This document shows, in pieces, positions 1-13,200 of a stretch of DNA of 64,000 nucleotides (position 1 is the stretch's first letter; every line of letters starts with the position of its first letter). Source of the DNA: Lingula anatina. Taxonomy: Eukaryota > Animalia > Brachiopoda. Under the pieces are notes generated by a model. The model worked only from the letters and a program-made list of their open reading frames with translations, ran no database searches and was not told where the DNA came from. The DNA lies in contig CM120641.1 of the NCBI GenBank assembly GCA_051362555.1, positions 24,372,401-24,436,400 of the forward strand, in the 5' to 3' direction. The position numbers were made by a program, and so were the translations under genes.

Positions 1-2072
1 TTCCCGGACATTATCAGCAGCACTCGCTTCCAGTTCGTATTACAGATTGTCGGTACCCGGCAAAATAGGACCTGGTGATTGTCCTCTGCGAACAAATGTT
101 TGTAGTCGTCTAATCCCAGTTTCCTTGTGTACATGTTGTACTTGAGGCACACGCTTTTAATAAGGTCTTTCCGACGCTGAATTTCTTGGAGCCACGCTTC
201 GTGACTTCGTTCCTCCTGGGAGAAAATAATAGTTGCAATGGTTATGAGAAATACAGACGTAAATGTATTATAAGTAGCAATACATGTAATTCTAAATACT
301 CCTATATGCAATATTGAAAAGTTCTTTATAACAAATTGCGGAAATATCACGCTAGTTTGTGGCCACGTTGATCGTTATCCTTTCTAATGTCGATGCTGAG
401 ATTTCTACTGTTTGTGTTTGGATAATTTCTTATTGTAAAATACATATAACCATCTTGGCGAACCTTTTCAGTACGATCTAAATACTTTCTTCAGAAATAT
501 TTTAAATTTACATAAGCTGTGTTTAGTTCCTTCCACCTTCGTGCTTGACAAAAGTTTCCTAATTTTAGACAAGCACAATTTTGCCTTTTACATAGCATCA
601 AAAAGGCAGATACAAATTAATATCCACTTCACTCTGCACTTAAATGTTTACGTGTGTGTGTGTGTGTGTGTGTGTGCGCTTGTGTGTTAATGTGCTTTTG
701 TTTGTAATTCAAATTAAAAGAAAATTTGTTTCTCTGCATACTACTAGCATTTTCTCTAGCACGTGATTTTTTCTTTGTTTTAAACCGTAACCCGCAAAGC
801 AATATCGGATTGAGCATTTTATAGATACACCCATAGTCTTTTAAAATATGCTAAATGAACCCTTCGTTTTTCCAACAACATATCCACAGTATTGCAATCA
901 CCGTCAAAACGCTGATTCTTCGGAAATGGGACAAAACCTGTACATGTTTATGGCAGCGAGTTATAATAAGTATTTTTCAAGAATACATCTCAAGAATAAA
1001 ATCGTTTTATCTAAAAAAATCTAATGTATCATGCATTATGCCTGCAATTAATACGGCAATTATGTTCACAACATTACAGTGGTGAAATCAGCCGCTGTTA
1101 TTACCTGAACTGCAAGGTAGCGTATGGACCGTGGATTTAAAGCTTCAAAGTCAATATCTGAAAGTGAGTATAATCGGTTAATTTCGCTGCAAATGAGTGT
1201 AGATCATTAGAAATGTCGCCTGACCCGCATAGTGAAGTGAGATTAGGCCAAATATGATATACCTACCGTCATTGTCATAACCAGTTTGTTTCACCAGCGC
1301 GCTTGTTTTCAAACAAAGAAATACGCCAAATCATCGATCGAAAGTAAAATGATTTTCCCCCTTTTATCGAGAATAATTTACGGAATTTGAAACGACTAGC
1401 TTCTACTAACAAGTCAGTATTATTTCACATCACTGAATATAAAGTTTTCACAGTAATCCATCAAAGCGTGGCAGAAGAACTCTAAATGCAATACAGATAT
1501 TAATAATTCACGAGGTATTTCTCATCAATTTTTTACACAGTTTGCCGTTGAACTAGCTTCGTAATAGTAAGCAGTATAATATAGATAAATATCCTGTAGT
1601 GGCAACGTTGTCGTCTTGAAAAGTTATACTCTCGGATCTTTCATATCCCTACAATAATGACCTTATGTACTGCAGTAATTCTGTATCTAAATAACGTTCA
1701 TGTAGCCGCATCCTGAAAGCGCTTCAGGTTTTGGGATGTCTTCTATAACTTACATCATCCAAAACAAAAATCCATAATAGATCTATCCTTGAAATTATTC
1801 TATGATTTGAATATCTTAATTACAATGTGTGATTTAATACCGTGGATAAACACTTTTATTTCGAGTCATTCACCTTTAATAATTGAAAAAGAAATCGCAT
1901 ACCAAACAATCTGACTTAAAAATATATAATATAGAGCCTTACCTAGTAATCTGTAAATTACGTGAAGAAACAGCACAGCAAGGATCAACGCGAGCATACG
2001 CCGACGAAATACATAAGACAGCAACGGTCTCACGTACTCGTAACCCGGCCTACTGCTGCTAAACGTCGGCAT
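1..2072 (-). CDS. Carbohydrate sulfotransferase, CHST8-14/CHST11-like Golgi type II membrane protein; 5' part, truncated at window edge. Exons 2072-1943, 1157-1105, 215-<1
   Basis: Three GT-AG exons join in frame (phases 1, 0). Exon 1 has a basic patch and transmembrane segment (RRRMLALILAVLFLHVIY). Exon 3 reads EERSHEAWLQEIQRRKDLIKSVCLKYN...KHLFAEDNHQVLFCRVPTICNTNWKRVLLIMSG, matching the CHST11 pattern [25 protein letters not shown]. Confidence 0.88.
652..685. repeat. (GT)n microsatellite, intronic
   Basis: Seen directly in the sequence. Confidence 0.9.
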
Positions 2073-2939
2073 TCTTTAAATGAAGGGCAACGTTGTCGTC
2101 GTCTCTCTTTGTCTCTCGCGTTTGCGAGATATGAAACCTCTTTTCCCTTGGTCTCAGCGTTACGAATTCTTTTTTTTTTTAATTTAGAAGATATACGAAG
2201 TTGTAGCTCTGTTATATTACTACACCCACATCAGCAGCCAGGTTGGACTAAATGTGCTAGTCTCATTTTCAAAGCACCGACACTTCACAAAAATCCGCCA
2301 TAACTTAGTGCCACCTATACTCCAACGACGTAAACCATAATTTATCTCCTAGAGTAGACGTTGCCTAGAATACAACCGGGATAATAGTTTGTGACATCCA
2401 ACTGTAAGTTATTTTGTAAATTCCTATACTGGCAGATTAAACACCGCTAAATCTGCCAAATCGTTCATCACTCTTCGTTGTTGTTCAATGTTCAATGAAT
2501 GCCGTTTATAAAACTGGACGCAAATATGTACACATTTTATACGGCCCGTATTTTTCACTCGATTTTGCCTCTGCCCGCATTCTTTTAAATAATTTGAAAT
2601 ATTTTTCCTTGCTCTCCTCTTTCATAGCACAAATGCAATTATGGATTTTACTGAGAGAGAATTCAACATGTATTTACCACTCAAAAATATGGTCCTGAAA
2701 TTCAGCGGGGTATAATATTCAAATTTGAAGAACAGAATGACCCACTTGTTTTTTTTTTTTTTCGATTTCGATTTGAATGACTTTATTGAGTACAAAATTA
2801 TATACAAGAACTTTAAAGAGCATAATTAAAACAACTGACATATAACAGTACGACATCACTTTAAAATAATGTATAAGTAAAATTGTACCCAAAAGGGTTT
2901 GCCTAAAGGGTCAAAGACCCATGAATGGGAACCCCCCCC

Positions 2940-2940
<1 letters not shown>

Positions 2941-3025
<85 letters not shown>
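2941..3025. repeat. Poly-A followed by (AT)n microsatellite
   Basis: A-run followed by about 35 AT units. Confidence 0.95.
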
Positions 3026-3028
<3 letters not shown>

Positions 3029-3923
3029 AGTAAAAAAAAATCTACATAAGTACTAAAAACGACAATTTGTACATCTGCAACGACCCACCCAAGTGCAAAC
3101 GTCCTCGGGGTCAACGAACTCCGCCAGAAGAGCACCATATTTACTTTTGACAAGCAAATCAGACAAAATAAACATTCACCTTTATAAATCATGATGCCAA
3201 CACTTTAACTGTTAAAATCACAATGACAAGCGCAACAACAAACTGAAAGTACTATTTTATTTAACATCTGCTCCACAGTGACATAAGGTATGAAGCTCAT
3301 TTATAAACTAGAGGATCAGAGAGGCGATACCGCCTCCGAATATTGTACCACCAGCTGGAGCAAGCGCATTCGTATAGAACCCCACATACACAAAATAAGG
3401 GACACAGCCACCAGTCTTGTGCTTGACAAGATGTAAACATGCAATCAACAAGAATTTTCAATATATGCAAAAAATATATGAAACTAAAAATGGTACAATC
3501 AAATTTAAGTTCATCGTAAGGTAGGTGAAAGGTCATTTTCAAGGTCACAGTAAATTGCCAGTATATGACTTCCTATTCAAGTTCAATAGTATCTATGGAC
3601 CTATCTCTGCCAGTTTTGCAGATAAAAGTCACTAAATGTTATAATTTTGGAGTTACCATAATGTGCCATAAATTTCCTACAGAAAAAAATTAATTAAAAT
3701 AAAGAAAAGGTCATTTTGGTCAAAATTTTTGGAATGGGAGGTGCTCTGAAGTTCCAGGTGTTCAAATTTCATGAAATAATGTCATTTTTGACCACAAGTT
3801 GTCTGCTTTGCCAAGCCTTATGTATTATTTTTCCAGAGTTCAAAATTTATTATCCATTACCGTACTGCACATTTTGCTTTCACCACAAATATGTATTTTT
3901 TGATACAGCGTAACTTTAGAGTT

Positions 3924-4653
3924 AAAAGGGAAGCAAAATTTGCAAAGTTCAGTTCATAGTGAAAAGTAGGTCAAAGGTCAATTTTAAGGTCACATTTAGA
4001 TTGCCAGTATATGACTTCCTAATCAAGTTCAATAGTAACTATGGACCTATCTCTGCCAGTTTTGGAGATAAAAGGGAAGCAAAATTTGCAAAGTTCAGTT
4101 CATGGTGAAAAGTAGGTCAAAGGTCAATTTAAAGGTCACATTTAGATTGCCAGTATATGACTTCCTTTTCAAGTTCAATAGTAACTATGGACCTATCTTT
4201 GCCAGTTTTGGAGATAAAAGGGAAGCAAAATTTGCAAAGTTCAGTTCATGGTGAAAAGTAGGTCAAAGGTCAATTTTACGGTCACATTTAGATTGCCAGT
4301 ATATGACTTCCCATTCAACTTCAATAGTAACTATGGACCTATCTCTGCCAGTTTTGGAGATATAAGGGAAGCAAAATTTGCAAAGTTCAGTTCGTGGTGA
4401 AAAGTAGGTCAAAGGTCAATTTTAAGGTCACATTTAGATTGCCAGTATATGACTTCCTATTCAAGTTCAATAGAAACTATGGACCTATCTCTGCCAGTTT
4501 TGGAGATAAAAGGGAAGCAAAATTTGCAAAGTTCAGTTCATGGTGAAAAGTAGGTCAAACGTCAATTTCAAGGTCACAGTAAGATTGCCACTATATGACT
4601 TCCTATTCAAGTTCAATAGTAACTATGGACCTATCTCTGCCAGTTTTGGAGAT
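3924..4653. repeat. Tandem array of five 146-bp units inside the HINE, flanked by a ~390-bp direct duplication (~3521-3915 and ~4551-4943)
   Basis: The unit start aaaagggaagcaaaatttgcaaag recurs at 3924, 4070, 4216, 4362 and 4508. Confidence 0.95.
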
Positions 4654-5560
4654 ATAAGGGACTAAATGTTATAATTTTGGAGTTACCATAATGTGCCATA
4701 AATTTCCTACAGAAAAGATTAATTAAAATAAAGAAAACATCATTTTGGTCAAAATTCTTAAAATAGGAGGTGATCTGAAGTTCCAGAAGTTCAAATTTGA
4801 TGAAATAATGTCATTTTTGACCACAAGTTGTCTGCTTTGCCAAGCCTTATGTATTATTTTTCCAGAGTTCAAAATTTATTATCCATTACCGTACTGCACA
4901 TTTTGCTTTCACCACCAATATGTACTTTTTGATACAGCGTAACTTGAAAACAGTATGGAATACAAAAAAACGGAGACCACCTCCAGTGTTGGGCTTTACA
5001 TGCTCTACAAAATGCAAAAAAGAATGGGTCTCTAGCATTAACGGTTCCCGAATTAGAGACAGTTTTCAGTTTCGGTACTTTATGGCCACTACTCCCGTGA
5101 AAATGCACCGATTGACCCCAAATTCACGGAGATGAAAGATGACCCGAAGGGTAACACTTTCCAATAATATTATTGGTTAAGTCTGCGTGGTGTCTGAATA
5201 ACAGGGCAAAAAAAAAATTTTTCCTAAAAAATTTCATTTTTTTGAAAATTTTGGCCCGTTTGACCTTGAAATAAAGGTCAAAGGTCAAATCCAAGGGCAT
5301 ATTTGAAATCTACACATATGACTTTTGGAAAGCTGTCTGTAGAAATTTTTCCCATAACTCCTTCCTTAGGGTAGATAATTAGCATTTAATTTTGCCATTT
5401 TTAGACAAGGGTGCATTGCAATGAGTGCCACACCTAGACCCCAATACCGACAAAGCCCAAATTTTACGTGGAATGAGTTGAGATTATAGGTGACCTAAAT
5501 CCAAGAGATGGGTACAGGGGCCCTTACCGTCTAGGAGGAGAAGCGGTAACGGTGACTTGG

Positions 5561-5639
5561 CGGCGGAGCCGCAGGAGCCGGCGGAGCTGCAGGAGCCGGC
5601 GGAGCCGCAGGAGCCGGCGGAGCCGCAGGAGCCGGCGGA
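5561..5639. repeat. 18-bp GC-rich minisatellite (gcggagccgcaggagccg) x ~4
   Basis: Seen directly; lies beside the HINE terminal stem-loop. Confidence 0.9.
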
Positions 5640-7265
5640 ACATACGGGTCGGGACTAAAACCATGGGTACCGCCAGCGCCTACGCTGGTGGTACAAAAAT
5701 ATCCGTATGAAGCATGCGTGGCATATGAGGTTATAGATTGGACTAGAACAAGGCGGGAAATGGTGGCTTTTCAGCCCAATTCGCCCTATAGCCCCTGTCG
5801 ACCCTTCGCTGTAAATGGAACTAATTTGATGTGAAATATCCAGTTTCATTTAAAGGGATATTGGTAAGTTGGCGTATTGGACCATTGCATCACATTGGCA
5901 AAATGAAAAAAAATTGATTCTATGAGGTTTAGGGTGGGGGAGTTGGGCAACAAAATTTAACAAAAATTCTAATTACTTTTTGCTTCTTTTTTCGTAGTGC
6001 AAAGGCCTTCGGAATTTTATAAATCGCCATTCACAAGGGCTCAGGAGCTCCAGTATCAAAAAATAAAAATAATAAAATAAAATTATGTCTAGAAAAAACA
6101 TTATGGCAAGTAACATGGCCTCCAATACACTGCAGATCGCCCCAAAAGACAAATATAATATTTGTCATTAACAGCTTTTGGTTTTCTAAAAATGCAACGT
6201 ATGAAATTTTAAAAGTGTCTCTAAGTAAACCACCCACGCATATTTACATCAAGTCAGCTCATTTCATAAAATGTGAAGTTGAACTTCATCATACTGAAGA
6301 CGTTATGATTAATACACTTACCTAGACCATAATATGCCTCTTAATGTTATGATCCACTGTTACATACTATAAGTTTTCGGTCGCACCAGTAACATTTTCT
6401 ATTCGAGTATCAAAAGTTTCCCAAGACGTCATAAATTTGTACTCTCTTCTCACAGAAACAAATACGCACATTGCCCTATCCGAAGTACTTTGTTTTGTAT
6501 TTCCAGTGAGTTACACTTTTACATTTAAGGCAAATTATAACACACTGAATTCCACTGTTATGCACGAGTCATCATGACATGAAGTCTTTGTAATCATTCT
6601 TTGTTCGTGCTTACACTGTATGTACACCATCTACATTTTTATAAATTCGTGCACTTCATGATTTAAATGAGTATTGATTTTCTAGCAAACTTATGTATTG
6701 TGGCTACGCTAAGAACTTAGTTTTATCAAAACACATGCGCGCGCGCATTTAACATTTAACACTGATGTCGGTACCAACAATAAATGCATTGTGAACTACA
6801 ACTATATACAACTATTTGCACGGGTGTTGAACACAATATTTTTGTGCGTCTCTAATAGTGAAATGTGACAGTTTGGGAGGAATAGATTTTCCTCGCAGGA
6901 ATAAGATTTGCACATTACAAATAAAGACTGCCGGGTTGACAAGTAAGTAATACTAGTTTAAAGTTGAGTTTTCTTTTCTTTCATAGTCACCATATAGTAA
7001 ATGAAATTATAAGATTAAGAGAGCAATTGGAGGCATATTGAATTATTAAGTTACTGTAGCAGTTTATTAATGCTGACGAAAAAAAATATTTCGAAAAGAA
7101 GTTTAAGTAATATTTTCTCTTTACGATTCCGTTGTAGTGCTACATGTACTTGTGGCATGAACGCGCGTGACCGTCCCTTTATTTTATTGAGCGCAGCGCC
7201 CTCTCCCTGTGAGACACAACATTTTTGTTCCACAGCCACAGGCATATCAACGGTGGGATAGGCCA

Positions 7266-10200
7266 TCACTGTGCTGGACCATTAAGGGTGCCGGGCGCGT
7301 TCTCTGCTCTCGGTTTAAAGAAGCCACTATCCGACGTGCACTCTCGTATTGTGACTGTCACAGTATTCGTCGTGACGTCAGTTATAAGCATGTCGTCCAG
7401 GATTTTCTTCATCTCGGGCGGCGGACGCCAGTAGTTCCGCTCTTCGGGGATGTACGGCGGCGCGGAGTCGATGCGACCTCGTCTGACCGCGTAGCCCTGC
7501 ACGAGCTGTGTGTCGCTGGGGATGTCGTTATTAGCTGTATTTTCTACAGAGACAAACACCTCATCGACCGGGAAAGTAGCAGTTGGACTTGACAGGCAGT
7601 TCGATTCGTTGTTTCTGTTGTGTTGAGGGGCGCCTTCTTCGAGCACTGACGGAGAATGTAATATGGTCTCTGATTTTGTTCTTACAGGGCTGGTGTCTTG
7701 TTTAAAACTTGTGTTCGGTTTGTGTACGAGAGAAGTTACACTGTTGGTCACTGTTGAAGTGGGCGATTTAATCGGATTTGGCAAACTAGAGGATTTGGCA
7801 GGTTTCTCCTTTCTGATTGTCGCCAAAGTCTTTTTTCTTAAAGCTGCTGGGTCAAGTGACTTTGTCCGAGGCCGACCCGGGCCCCTTTTCACTACTGGCG
7901 TCGTAGGCTGTGAAACTGGTTGTTGGTCGCGATTTTTGGGTGGGCGTCCTCTTTTTCGCTTAACCGGCGGCTCTCCTGGCATTGGTGGTTTGGTTGGCTT
8001 GGCGACCGTCTTCGGTGCTCGCTGCACGTCTGCTTTTCTTTTGTTGAGCATTTTAAACTTAATTTTGAGCTTTCCTGCATTTTTCGCTTGTCGTTTCTTT
8101 TGCTGTGCCATTTGCCTGGCAAGTATATCCTCCGGTCGAGGTATTTTAGGGGGCCGACCTGGTTTGCGTTTGACTATAAGCATAGGTGGCGGTTCCATAG
8201 TGCCAGCGTCAGAACTAGCGCCGCTGAATCTCTTCATAATACTGGCCGCTGAGACTTTACTGGCGAAAACTCGGTTCCCTCCGCTGCAGACAACGGCAGA
8301 ATCCGCGGACGTAGGAACGCTGGTTCGCTCATTACTTGGCTCACCGGTATTATTAGTTTTATCCTCGGTGACTTGGCCGTGTCTGCTTATGTCACCCCCT
8401 TCGTCCCTCTGTCCGCTGTCACTGGTGGTTTTACTGGTGCTGTCGTCATCACTGACGTCACTGCTGCTGTCCTCACCGGAGTTGCCATCTTCCTGATTGT
8501 TTTAGAAAACAACAGAGAATTGTATGCCAATTTAATTGCATAGAGCCGCGCTTTCTGGGATGACTTTATAATCTCCAGTCAGTGATATATCAGACACATT
8601 TAAAACATTTCTTAAACCCATCTTAACAAAAGCTAAGGCAGTTCAAAAGTGAAATTGTAAGAGATCAATTTAACTGCCATATAAAATCCAAAAAGCTCAC
8701 ATGCAATATCACTGAATGGCATACTCATTTTTCTAATCGACGTGTGCATGTGTGATGTTGTTATCTTGATATAATCATTTCAGCCATGTCTAGTAACAAA
8801 AACGTTGTTCCTTACCTCTGGTCTGTGCTTCGGTTTACGCCCCCGTTTCTTTCCTGTATATTCTCGCGTGTTTTGACTGAAAGAGAATAAAAACAAGCCT
8901 TCATATTGAGCTAGGCGTAGGCATCTTCATTTAATTAACCTGTAGGCAGTTTATGAGGGTCTCGCCCCCCCCCCCCCCCCCTCACAAATAAATAAGCTGC
9001 TGTGAAATTATCCAACAAAGCCATGGCCTTGGTGTCGTCTCAGTTCTAAATGGGTACATTCTACATGTAAAACACTATTTACTTTTGAATATCAGTCTAT
9101 GACGATGGCCAATAGTCTGTGGCACTTGGCTATCAAGAATTCTCCAGTCGAGCAATAAATAAAGTTTAACAAAATGCAGTTTTTGATTTCTTTGTGAATT
9201 AAAATACAACATTACGTTACATTTTCACCACTGAAAGGAAAGGGCAATGGCAAAGTAACCTTACATTATAATATGAATTAACAGTCATATTTCTGGTCTT
9301 CGCGGCTTTTAAAATACACTGTTACAGTAAAATTTGTTTTGATTTGGTAAGGAATGTTCAATCCATTGTGAAAAAATCTGCACTTTCAACGCAAAAATGA
9401 ATGTACCTTTGCCAACTTCTTAGTCTGTTACGGGGGGAGGTTAATTTCAAGCATTGGGGAGAGAGCTCGTTTATATCCTACAATGGGTCTTATGAGATGA
9501 AGTCGGTCCTCTACAATATATTTAGTTTCGACACCGCTGCCAACCGCACGGTATGCGGCCCATATCTTTAAAAAAATTTAAATGGTTATTTTGTACACAG
9601 CATGGTCTTATTATTATCAGACTGATTCTAGTATAATGGTCATTGTCAGTAATCTCATTCATTGACATTTTTTGTTCAGCCATACACTCTACTTGCATCG
9701 ATATTATTATTATTATATTTTTCTTCAGTTAAAATTTTCACAGGTTTTTGCGATATTAATTTTTCAATTTAGCTGTATTGTCGTTTTCAAAAATTTCCCT
9801 TAAATATACACAAAATGTATATGTACCTTTCTTTAGAATGAGAAAGATGGGGGAGAAAGGGAGGTACCGGGAGAAAATTATCTCGTCATGGAGCAGTTGC
9901 CTCGATTTCTGGCAATAAGAAAAATACCGGTCTCCATTTTTTCTTTCCCTATGATACACAACAGAAGCTAGCAAGTGAGACACCATGGGTAGATAAGCAT
10001 GAAATGGCACACATGGACACGTGTATCTCCCCCCCCACCCACACACACACCACCCCCACCCCACACCACCCTCCAAAGGATGACCTAATGATACGCTGGC
10101 ATAATCAAATCCCTCGCACTCACAAAACTAAAGTCAATTCACGAATATTGGAATTTGTCCAAATTTTCTCTCCTTTGCAGTAGGCAGAGGTCACGTTGTA

Positions 10201-13200
10201 TATAACCAAGACAGACTTGACGGTGTATAAATAGAAAACTCCAAGGGCATTGCGCAATTATACAGATATTCAAAGTCCTTACATTGGAAAGCCTTCTACA
10301 GATATTATTTTCGAGTACACGACAACCCAAATTAAAAAGCGGAATTAGGTATTTCACTGTCGGGAATTTCCCCATTCTGGCAAATAGTCCAGAATTTATA
10401 TACAAAACACGTGTATAGGGCAAAATTGAACTTTTCCCTTTTTACCTAACTTCACTGTCAACACAAGGCCTATATGAAGTGAGCAGCGTACGGAAATAAA
10501 ACTAAGGTTCCTACATGGATAAGTTATATAGTTTCTCTTTTTGGTTTGAGCTTTCACTTCTCTTTCCTTATATATAGATTTATTAAGTATGTTAAAATAT
10601 CTCAGAAACAATATTTATCAGTTTCCAAAACATATCACAAATCGATTTTCTTATAACAACATACAAAACACATTAAAAAATTAGTCCTGTTATAACATTT
10701 TCAAAAAAAAATTATATATATATCATTTGTTACCATTGAATTGAAAACATTTGCAAAATAGGAGATTATCATGAGTATGTGATATTGCTGTCAATTTATC
10801 AGCAGAGCGGCAATTATCACGAAAGGCAGCTTGCCCAATATACATCGTACATGTACTGTGTGAAGACATATTGAAACATATTATAAACTTGTATGAAAAT
10901 CTTTTTTTATCGATTGAGACACCTTTTTCTCATCCTTTCCCCTTTTAGTTATATTATTTACTTTCATATGAGTTCTACCATGTGCTTCCCAGTAGGTGTT
11001 AAAGTCTAATGAAATGAAATCAGGTCCCTTTTCTAAGTTTGCCGGTTTACCGATCTTTCCGTCGATTAACTGATATCATTGTAAAGTACATCCTAGCCTG
11101 ACATGTCTTTTTGAAAGGCCAATGCTTCATTTTATTCGGAACTTAAAATTTGAAATCGCTATAAGCATTGTAAATGACATTTAAGATAATATCAATTTTC
11201 GCTAGGAAGAGAGATGCTTGTCTTGGATTATTAAAAATAGCGAAGATTATCAAGCTGACTTTTACATACAACCGTTTTCATTTTTCAGCTTCTAAAAATA
11301 TAGGCACTTTTATTGCTTCAAACCTAGAATTAAATTGATTTATACACAAAGTTTCATTTAAGATCTCCTTCAATTACTATGTGATTGCTGTTAATTTCTT
11401 TAAATTTTAAAAAACAAGATTTTGACATTAAAAATTCAGCTTTCTGTTCCACTTGACGTATTAAGTTCCTTAACTATCTTAATGTAGGTTTAAAGTGAAC
11501 CTCTGCACTAGTTATAAACACTGTTACAGAAACCCGTCTGGTCACTGGGAGATTGTTCTAATTTCGCGCAAAAGATACGCAACCAATGTACGCGACTTTT
11601 AATATACTTGCATGTGTGTAAAATCAATTTTAATACCGCAAAATTATTTATACTAACAAAGTAATTTTAAACCCCGCAGATTTAACTAGAATTGACAGTT
11701 TTCATTACCCCTCAGTTTTTCAAATTCTTTTGTGACCGACATTCAATTCATAAGCGACTTTGTGCGTTTTAAAATAGTTCAATCGTAACGTTTCTGAATC
11801 CCCTACAGACGCCAACGTTACACCGAGAAAAGTTCAGCCGATTAATTTTTTTAACCGCTTGGTTTAAAATCCATAATCAATTTAGAAAGACAACACGTTT
11901 TGCTTTTAATTATCCACACTTATTTCACGTCTGATTGAAAAAATAAAACTGCTACAAGTAACGTCGACTTTGCCGTAGACATAAATAGTGTAAAATTGTT
12001 ATGGTTACCTTCTAATACAATTCAACAAATCTTTATTAATTTAATAAGAAAATTGTTTTAAAAACTGTATATGCATTCAAATTAACTTATAGAGCAAATT
12101 GACTTTGAATCCAATAACCATACAGAAAACGCAAATCATCGGTAAACTGGACGCATTCATTAGTTAGTAATTACTAATTATCATTTTCTTAATTATCATT
12201 ATTCTAAAAAAAAATCGATTGCATGCTTGTGTAGGCCATATTTTTCAAATTCATTTAGGAATAACTCAAAACTCTGTTTAACTCTATATAAATATTGGGC
12301 TAATCCTTCGTGTTTGGCACTTGTCACGTTTACACTGTTTGCAGGTTGACACATGAGGATATATACAGTTTTACGTTTTTCCACTATTTTGACATTCAAA
12401 TTCAAAATCAGCTAGCCAAACAAAGAAAATAAATAATCTGTTTCAAACGCCATTCATAAAAAGGCAAAGGTGGGGATAAATTATCATTGTGGCAGTAGCT
12501 ACAACATATATAGGCCACATGCACACGTCCCTTGTCAAATTGGTGGAAAAGACAGTTTGAAGCCCACAATACCAATATTTTTAAATAAAATTAGTTGTTT
12601 AATGAATGCCATTAAAACTAGTAGATGTTCAACTTTATGATAAAAAAATAAAATTCCCACAAACTGACAGCTTTTTTAACCGGTCTCATTTCTTTTTCAA
12701 TTTCATATGGAAGATATAGGCCCCGCATTCTTATATTATGTCAATCAATTTTCTAAAATTTTATATTGCAGATACAGGCTCTACTTAAGTTTTTTTATCT
12801 TCAAATCTGAATCCGCTGGAGATCTCGAATAATATCATTACGGCACACTGAGTGTCTGCCCAATTACCATAAGAATTGCTTTCATGTAATATATGACGTG
12901 CCACGGTTAACAAACAGGAGATAACGTCGCTTGCATCACCGCTTATGTAAGGCTCTAGGGAAAAACAGGAGGCAGAGGGCCACACAAAGGACCGGCATCC
13001 AAACAGAAAAGCTGTCTTTCTACGTCAACAACATCTGCATTGTAAGCCAGGCCGGCTGGCTAGGAAGGTCAGAGATACACCATCGGACGTTTCTATTGGA
13101 TTTTAGAGCTTGCAAGTAAATAATAAAGGCCAAGTAATTAGCATCTAATGCAAAATGCGTTGGCTAAATCTCAAAACCATAACTTACATGGAACAATTAT

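Larger units (their letters stand above)
3305..5699 (-). mobile_element. Non-autonomous Helentron / HINE (DINE-1-like) element with internal tandem repeats
   Basis: Subterminal inverted repeats tgtaccaccagc (3344-3355) and gctggtggtaca (5684-5695). The latter forms a stem-loop with gtaccgccagcg (5667-5678) next to an A/T run. A short GC hairpin gaggcg-atac-cgcctc (3321-3336) lies near the aaactag end. Internal short-unit and satellite repeats complete the HINE layout. Confidence 0.75.

Noticed and set aside
2911-3192. ORFs with IYIYIY runs (also 50508-50843)
   Set aside because: Translations of (AT)n microsatellites.
3924-4653. Regular repeat array as a possible CRISPR
   Set aside because: Contiguous 146-bp units with no unique spacers and no cas genes, in eukaryotic context.
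3716-4942. Two near-identical 65-aa ORFs (3716-3913 and 4745-4942)
   Set aside because: By-products of the direct duplication inside the HINE element; both have non-ATG starts.
7663-8496. 277-aa plus-strand ORF
   Set aside because: Antisense shadow of the CBX paralogue 1 last exon, with no independent motifs.
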